Positions 56,239 to 64,000 of a stretch of 64,000 nucleotides of DNA are shown one piece after another. The position numbers and the translations under genes are program-made. Position 1 is the stretch's first letter. Each line of letters starts with the position of its first letter. The notes under the pieces were generated by a model. That model did not search any database. It saw only the letters and a list, made by a program, of their open reading frames with translations, and was not told where the DNA came from. Source of the DNA: Cenococcum geophilum (taxonomy: Eukaryota); the NCBI GenBank assembly GCA_050273025.1, contig CP158635.1, positions 5,332,001 through 5,396,000 on the forward strand, read 5' to 3'.

Positions 56239-58770
56239 CTACTCTGCCCGCTTGCTGAGCCTTGCTGCTGCCCGGCCTGCAATCTCCTCGTACTGTTCCA
56301 TGCCGCCGTCCAGCTTTTTCAATTGACCTTTAACGAGCCGATAAACGACCCCTACGCGAGCCCCTGTTTCCTCCTCGTCCTCTGATTCATCGTCTTCGGG
56401 CTTGTCCTCCGCATTGGCTCGAGAAACCAGCTTGTAAGGGCTGTGTCCCTCAACTACGCACCGCATGAAGAAGCGGTCGTGCGTGATGACCAATAGTGCT
56501 CCCTCGTAATTGCCGAGAGCAATGACGAGTGCGAGGATCGTGTCGCCATCCAAATGTGTTGTGACTTCGTCCAGAATGAGCAGGTGAGGCGGTGACCACA
56601 GGAGTTTTGCCAGAGCTAGGCGGACCTTCTGCCCTCCCGACAACAACGCCAATGGTACATCTGATGCCGTTTGGCCTTGCAAACCTAGTGATCCTAACAG
56701 CGGACGCGCGTCTTTCTCTGTCATTCCGCTCCCTCCACTCTCCATGAGATGTGATAACGCGGTCATACCAGGATTTTGCATTGCCCATGAATCTAGTTCT
56801 TCTACCGCTTGCTGAGAGAAGCGTCCAAATTTCGCGCGAGCATGCCGAGTAATTGTGCCCTTTGTCGGGGCCAAGGCTCCAGCTGTTTCCTCTCCACTCC
56901 CCATTATGAGAGAGACCAGCGTCGTCTTCCCGGAACCATTGAGACCAGCAATGCCAAACCTCTCCCCAGGATGAATCGTCAGGTCAACATCAGTCAAGAT
57001 CGAAACTCGTTTCCTACTAGGATATGAGAATGATACCTTTTCGAGAGAAACCAGCGCCCCAGGAAATCTTAAGTCAGGTGGCGATGCCGGAAACGATATT
57101 CGAACGGGGGGGTCAAAATCTGGGACTTCAATCTCCGCCCGGCTCGAATTATTATATCCAGGTCGGTCGCGGTTGAGCTTAAAACGAGTGCCTTTGGCAC
57201 TGACTTCTAGACCCATCCTCTCGTCAACCTTTTTCCGTCGTGATGCTGCCTGCTTCAATTTTTTGTCGTCTCCTGTCTTCTTCGCAGCCTTTATGTTTTG
57301 AGCTATAGTTTGTTCCATATGTTTCTTTTGCCGATCCTGGGCTTCCTTCATCCCCGTCATGTATTTGGCCTTCTTATGGCGCTCTCTTTCATAATTTGAA
57401 AGGTTGCCACGGAATCGTTCCAGCGCGAGGTTCCTCAGAACCAAAAGCTCTTCCGCAACTGCATCAGCAAAATCCCGATCATGGGTAACAACTACAACCG
57501 TTGCTGACACTAGGCTTTGAACATAGTTCTGCAACCAGATTATAGACGGCAAATCTAAGAAATTCGTCGGCTCGTCGAGCAGAAGAACATCAGCATATTG
57601 ACAGAGAGCGCACGCAAGGTCGCAACGTGTCCTCCATCCGCCTGACAGCTGGGACAAAGGGTTCTCTATCTTCTCTGCTGAAAATCCTAAACCCAGTAGA
57701 ATCTTTCTGGCCTTATCTTCGGCTTCTGAGGCGTCCATCTGTTGTATATCTAAGTTAGGGACTAGAGCGACAGCGGTCGAATTGGGCGCCGTGCTGCTTG
57801 GAGGCGTGGGAACTTACGAGCTCTAATGCTGACTGGATGCCGGCAAGCATGTCCGCAGCGGCCTGTGTCTCCTCACTCAGTCTGGCATGGCCAATATCTC
57901 CTTCTCCCTCCTCGAGGCTATACATCTCAGCATGTTAGGATGAATAGGGTGAATATCTAGCTCCTACCTTAACTGGGACGCAACCAAGTTCTCCTCAGCC
58001 TCTATGAGTTGCTTCCTTGCTTTGAGACCACGGGCGCCACTTCTTCTAGCAGCAATTTGTCTTGCTTCCTCGACAGTGCGAGAAAGTCGCTCGTGACCAA
58101 CTTGTCGGTAGGCTTTAACCGGGGCCATAGGATCACTTGCATGGTTCACTGCAGCGGAAAGGACTGTAACCCAATCATTAGCTGGAAATGCTCACTGCAC
58201 GCACGAAAAGGGAACTAACTTTGTGCTTCTCTGAGGTATCTTTCACGAACTCTATCGCTTCTTACAACATGCTGCAGCACAGTCTCCTCCTTAAGCTTGA
58301 GGCGATCAACTTCGTCTTCAAGACTTGAACGGGTTTGGCCGAGCAGCAATACGCGAAGACTCCATGGTATGCCTGGGACTTGCCCATCCGCAATTGCTTT
58401 CAAGAGGGCTTCAGAGTGGTCAGTCGAGTATGGAATGCCAAAAGAGCATGATAGTTGACATACTTGATTTTCCTGTGCCATTCCGCCCTACTAGTACATA
58501 GTGCTTGCCCTGCTGAAGGTGTAGTTCCGCATGTGAGAGTAATTCTCGGTTCGCTACGCTAATGCTAAGATCTTTGACCAGAATCTATCTCAATTAAATC
58601 AATAATGATATTCCCTAAGCAACCTCTACAGGACGACGCAATCATACTTCCTTTGATACCGGTTCATTCACAACATCGTTATGGAAGCGACTCTGCTGGG
58701 CCGTGACGGTCAGAATCTGCTCCGCTGATGCCGGATCCGCACTGGCTGGCTCTTTCCCTTTTCTGACCAT
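56239..58770 (-). CDS. ABC-F family ATPase (two NBDs, no TM domain), multi-exon
   Basis: VGRNGTGKS, LSGGWR, LLLDEPTNFLD, VTHDRDF; GLNGSGKTT, LSGGQKVR, LDEVTTHLD, ITHDRFF. Confidence 0.92.
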
Positions 58771-59494
58771 TATGGACCTCAAAACTGTCACATTGATATT
58801 GAAGGGCTGTGTTGGTAGCTTAATTGAGTGAGATAACTGAGGTTGTATAAGAGCTTATCCAAACAGCGGTTATCCCAAGATAGCTAGCTTCCAATCAATG
58901 GGCTGTGAGTCATAGCAGAAAGCGCAATAGCAGGAGTGCATTGACGGCAGGATAAATGGCAAGGCTCTTTGACTCCGTTTCCTATTTTGGAGACGGCCAC
59001 TTACGCACTCGGCGGCTGCGCAAAGCTGCAAAAGCAAGGTGTGAGTTCGTGACTCATGTGCCACAAACACGGCTACCACAGCCGAGGGAATACGATGAAA
59101 CGAGTCATCAAGAATGACACGCAAACGCTACCTCTAATTTACCTTTTTAAATGTTTTTTTCTGCAACCTTTCGGGGGGCGAAGTATGCATAGAACTCAGC
59201 TCCTACGGGAAATGACTCTTTCGTACGTAATATCACCACCGGATTCGAAGTCAATCAACAAGAGTTCAACAGAAATGCCAAGGCTAGTTACATGACATTT
59301 TCATTTACTAATATACCTAAACAGCTGCACAGGTACAAACCAACTAAGTAAAGAAATTTCGAAATCCATTTTAATTCTGTAGCTCTATTACATGCCATTG
59401 GACGGCTTTGGTTAAGTAGTCAATCGATACCTCACAAAGCATGTCCACACTCTCTACGACATCTACTTCTGGAGAACGGAATCGACATAATTAG

Positions 59495-61368
59495 CTATCG
59501 CAAGCACCTTTTCTTCCTGCAGCCTTCGACCGACGAGCTGTATCGAAACGTGAGCGCCTTCATATATCTCTGGATCATCTGCAGGGCTATCAGAAACAGA
59601 TTAAACGAGTCGGATCTGACCCAACTCACAGCTCTCATAAACAGCCTTATCGATATCATCGAGAGGCTTGTAGCCAATGTCCACTTTATCGAGTTCCTTA
59701 TCCACCGTAGTAACCGGCACAACCACTGATGTGTAGTCGAGCAGGTTCACAAACATAGAGTAGCCGTAATACGGATACTTCTCAGGTCTAGCGGCTGGAA
59801 ATGGCGCAAGAGGTGATATTATCGCATCAACAGGTCGTCCTATGCTTGTAAGGCCCTTGGTGCTGTTCCAATACTCCATATACTCCTTTCGGATCTCGCG
59901 AATGGTGACATTTAGGGCGGCGATATCGCTGCCTTTAGCCTGCTCGGCTGGTTCGTCACCGTATAACGCAATCTGTGGAATCAAAGGCTCTCCAGATAGT
60001 TCGAGTGCTGAATGAATGTCTTCTCCGCCGTCATACGTCCAGGTTTTGAGCTAATGTTGATAGTGAGCCGCGCGTTTTCAATTTAATAGGAAGGAATCTT
60101 ACGCCCGCATCAAGTATTTGCTCGTGAGATGGCGGCTTCCATTCAATCACCTAAAATTCCATAAGTTACCGCTTGTAGCTAAGCTTTGTGGGTGTGGAAC
60201 AAACCTCATGTCCAAGCCCCTCAAGTTTTTCTACTACCATATCGATAGCTCTTCGGACCGGCGGGGTAGGACTGACTAGTCCATCATGCTTCAATACACC
60301 AAAAACCAGCTTTCCAACTTTACTTGCATCTCTCATAGACCCGGTGCGCTCGTAAATTTCCTTCTCTTGTTCGTATCGCCATGGTATCTCGTTGACCATA
60401 GGGTCGTGAAGCCACGGTTCCTGGCTCAATAATGCCATTATAACAAGCCGTAACGATGATACGCTCGTTGCCAATGGCCCTACTACCGAGGGGATCGAGT
60501 TTTGCCCGTCCATAGAGTTTGCCATACCTTCATACGGTAGCCTTCCCGTTGACGGACGGATCCCGTAAAGACCATTGAAGGCAGCCGGTATCCGAATGGA
60601 GCCACCAAGATCGGTACCAAAACCAACTGGAGACCCTCGAAAGCCTATAAGAGCGCCCTCGCCGCCTGAGCTTCCACCAGAGCTCAAGTTCCGGTTTTTG
60701 GGGTTCCAAGTGTAGCCAACAATGTTATTTCTAGTCTCTCCAGACATTAACGTATGGGGTACACTGGTCTTACAATACAACACAGCACCCAAATTACGCA
60801 GTTCTCGCACCATTTCGCTCTCAAAGACCTTCTCCTTTCCAGTGTTCTTCTTGCCTTGGAATGTTCCTATCCAGCCTACATACCCCATTGTGGTTTCGAC
60901 GCCCTTAACATGGAACTGGTCTTTGAGGCTAACCGGCAGGCCATGTAGTGGACCAATAGGCTTTTTGTGCTCGGCGAAGTAATCATCCAGCTTTTTAGCA
61001 TCCTGGATTGCTGCCTCGAAGAAGACTTCATGAAGACAATTGACCTTCAATCTTCAGCTGCTGCGGACTTCCAATGGTTAGGGGTAGAGTAGTAATACCA
61101 ATTGATGTGCAAGTGCCGCCCGATGGCAAAACGCTTTTGTTACCTCGACAGCACTCCAAGACCCACTTACGGTGTGCTTGGTAATTTCATCCGCGCTTGT
61201 CTCGGTGATCTCAATCTCTCGCTCAGTAAGGAATTGGTGGATGTATTTGCCGGTGACATCGCGTTGCTCTTTAGCGCTAGGAACCTTATCAATGAGGTAC
61301 TCCTTCGGGAGGAGCGCATTGATGGAGGAGCGCTTTTCCTGGGCGCGTTGCTGCCAGTCTATGACCAT
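59495..61368 (-). CDS. Amidase signature family (acetamidase-like), multi-exon
   Basis: GPLHGLPVSLKD, GGSSGGEG, GTDLGGSIRIPA, NLLDY. Confidence 0.93.
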
Positions 61369-61932
61369 AACGAGGCTGTGAGTGTATGGACTTGTGGGCG
61401 TCTAGAAACTATCCTGATGAAGGGAGGGGTTTGCATCATATGAATATACTTACCAGCTAGCAACCCTATCAACGGCCCGAGTGCATCGGCAATAGCGCTG
61501 GAACTCGGCGGTTCTTTACGATATCATGCAGGCATCACCCAGGCAGGATACGATGGGGTGTCAAAGCCCTTATCGATACGAACTGCCTAAAGAAGTTACC
61601 TGTTGACACACCAACCTCAGCTCCAAGCTTAGCTGACCACATTAAATTCACATCAGGACCTCATATGTACACAAATAAGTTTTTACGCTAGTAGTGATAG
61701 AGTGCCCGATTTCATGAAACAAAAGGCAAGTGGGCTTGCGGCAGGCTATGAATCATCTTTTAGACAAGGCTATTTTGTTCTAACCCCTCCTCTGCACTAG
61801 CGTTCAAACAGTCAAGGATATCAGGCGTTAGACAATAAAACGTTCTTAAATAGTTCCCACAGAACGGACAGTACGTATTACAAGGGCCATATTTGTTTAA
61901 AGATGCTAAAGATATCACGAAATAGCACAGCA

Positions 61933-62805
61933 ATGCAATCCCAGTCTCCTCTTTTAGACTTGTCCGCAGAGCTTCGAAACCAAATATACGAACTCGTCCT
62001 TGGAGGGGAACTGTTACACGTGTATCGATCCTCGTATCAGGATACTAGCTTTCATATCACTATTTGCCAGAGCCAATCTGCCGAGATGAATGCATACAAG
62101 CGCTTCCTTGATCCCTCGATCGATGAACGAGCTAAAATCACTTCGAAATATACTCGCAAGGTTTCATTGCAAAACTATTTCACAGTTGGGGATGAGTACT
62201 ACGTTGACCCTTGCTCAATCCGACATACCCGAGGAGAGTGCTACAATGCCGGAAATCCTTCTCTTCATTTGAGCCTCCTTCGTGTGTGTAAGCAGATATA
62301 CGACGAAGCAAGATTAGTGCCTTATTTTGCAAACACTTTCGGGTTCCAAAGTGCAGATACATTCAATCTTTTCATCTCGACCCTCACGCCTTCAAAGCGC
62401 AGTGCTCTTGAGAGGCTTCATTTTACAAGGAATATTCCAAACATAGGATTGAACCAAATCAAATTACCGGATCCGCCCCTAATGGGCCTCAAATCTTTGC
62501 ACCTCTCTCTTGAGAATAAACCAAATTATTCATCTAAAGCCTCTCTTATTGAGCCTAACAATACAGACATTTGGATCCGGGACATTCTTCTCCTGGATCG
62601 ACGGTTACTAAAAACAGTGACTGTCATCTTCAGCGATCATCCATCTGTCGTTCGCGATTTCAAGAAAAGATTCCAGCTCATAGAATCACCATCATCTGGG
62701 CAGAATCTTGACGATTGGCTAGAAGAACGAGAGCATCGATTCCTGACAGCGAATCAGAAACGAGACATAGCGGAGCGAATAAGGACCCGGCTTCTGAAGC
62801 CATGA
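61933..62805 (+). CDS. F-box-like / DUF7730-like fungal hypothetical protein
   Basis: QSPLLDLSAELRNQIYELVLGG and LSLLRVCKQIYDEA..YFANTF; start may be 61903. Confidence 0.75.
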   Translation: MQSQSPLLDLSAELRNQIYELVLGGELLHVYRSSYQDTSFHITICQSQSAEMNAYKRFLDPSIDERAKITSKYTRKVSLQNYFTVGDEYYVDPCSIRHTRGECYNAGNPSLHLSLLRVCKQIYDEARLVPYFANTFGFQSADTFNLFISTLTPSKRSALERLHFTRNIPNIGLNQIKLPDPPLMGLKSLHLSLENKPNYSSKASLIEPNNTDIWIRDILLLDRRLLKTVTVIFSDHPSVVRDFKKRFQLIESPSSGQNLDDWLEEREHRFLTANQKRDIAERIRTRLLKP

Positions 62806-63578
62806 AACGGCTGCATAATTGATGAGCCTGCTTGGGAATTTCTAGAGACGAAGCGCTGGACGATCGGACATTATGTAAGTTAGAGTTGAGTGGATATATA
62901 TCACCAGTATTCCGTAGTTAGATCTTTCTTATTGTATATTTTGGGTCAGCGTACCACACAAAAGTATATTGTTTAATCACTGTCCCTTGCGTTGCATCAC
63001 ATCCATTCCTAACACACCACCAAACCCATTTTGAGTGATATAATTACAGCCGTATCGCGCACTTCATCGCCAGTGTGATGTTTAAGGAACTCTAGGCCTG
63101 AAGTATATCAAAGCATTTGATGATGAGGTAGCATCGGAGTAAGAAAGCAATAGGAGAAGAACAGTTTCTTCATTGCGACAAATTAATGTATCACACAGAA
63201 TGCGGAAGTACCGTCGTTAGTAACAGTTGTTGCCCGAAGAAAGATCAGGACGTCCAAGGTAGGTATAACCTAGCCTTCAAACGTGAAGGCTATAATGCAG
63301 CTTCCTCTTCCATACACTGACTTGCACCTACGTCACGCGCAAGTGACTGACCTGATAAGCATTCATTCACATACCTGCAGACCTTTTCTGCTTCTGAAAC
63401 ACGTCCGTTACCTAAGATTCACCTGGCTTCGTGGTAACTTACTGAACCATTCACTGATCAGATTAGCTTCGTTCGGTTCTTAACCAACCACCTCATCTCC
63501 CAGAGACCAAGCCCTGAAATCCCTAGATCTCTAGTTTTCCCATATCTCTCGCAACTTGCTGGTTTAGCCAATTCAGCC

Positions 63579-64000
63579 ATGGCCTCTAGCATGGGCTCGC
63601 TAGGTCGGCACAATAATTACGAGAGGACTTCGGCTGAGAAGAATAAAGATTGCCAAGGAGGGCCTGCTAAGAGATGGTATGCAATCGGATTCTTCAAACC
63701 AGCATCGCATCAAGCAAAGAGAGTCACCCTCAGAAAAGCCGAGCAGCAGAAGAAGCTCTCAAATATACTTGCCCCTTCTGCACAGGAGAGTGTCGGCCCT
63801 GCTGGAATACCTTCACCTACATCGGTAACGTCGCTCACTCAGACTAATGGAAGTGCTCCACCTAGGCCAGTTAGGCCTTCTTCAACTATCATACGGGACG
63901 TACATACATGGCTTGATTCGACCGTAATTAGACCATCTCCTGGGGTTATGGGAGGCATACCATACTGGCAAGACCCGTCCACCTTTTCTTCCAACCCTTC
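63579..64000 (+). CDS. Hypothetical protein, 3'-partial (runs off the window)
   Basis: GCCATGG start, open frame to the window end (..PPRPVRPSS..DVHTWLD..MGGIPYWQ). Confidence 0.6.
   Translation, partial: MASSMGSLGRHNNYERTSAEKNKDCQGGPAKRWYAIGFFKPASHQAKRVTLRKAEQQKKLSNILAPSAQESVGPAGIPSPTSVTSLTQTNGSAPPRPVRPSSTIIRDVHTWLDSTVIRPSPGVMGGIPYWQDPSTFSSNP

Overview
Eukaryotic DNA from a filamentous ascomycete (short GT-AG introns with CTAAC/CTAAT branch sites, RIP-mutated transposons, conserved fungal housekeeping genes). 1-7.5 kb is transposon debris: LTR remnants and a RIP-degraded Tad1-like LINE with a 14-bp target-site duplication. 7.8-17.4 kb holds a membrane protein, a GNAT, a SIS-domain isomerase, degraded ORFs and a CWC16/Yju2-family gene. 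18.2-32.7 kb looks like an accessory cell-death/allorecognition island. Its core is a head-to-head pair 341 bp apart: a HeLo-domain pseudokinase with MLKL-like degenerate motifs (HKS for HRD, GFE for DFG) and a catalytically intact non-RD kinase fused to a SEL1-like helix and ankyrin repeats. A kinase pseudogene, an internally deleted LINE and a HET-domain gene follow. This pair is the best candidate for an undescribed system, a genomically coupled fungal RIPK/MLKL-like necroptosis module; that role is inferred from architecture and motifs only. 33-48 kb is mostly core genes (SUP35/eRF3, YRB30-like, BSD/DOS2-like, TSR2, a lipase). 48-53 kb contains a tandem duplication of signal-peptide-less LysM-CAP genes with RIP marks, a rhamnosidase pseudogene and a 74-bp near-perfect palindrome. 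53.7-64 kb holds a polyQ/QA conserved protein, an ABC-F protein, an amidase, an F-box-like protein and a 3'-partial ORF. All calls come from reading the sequence; no database searches were run.
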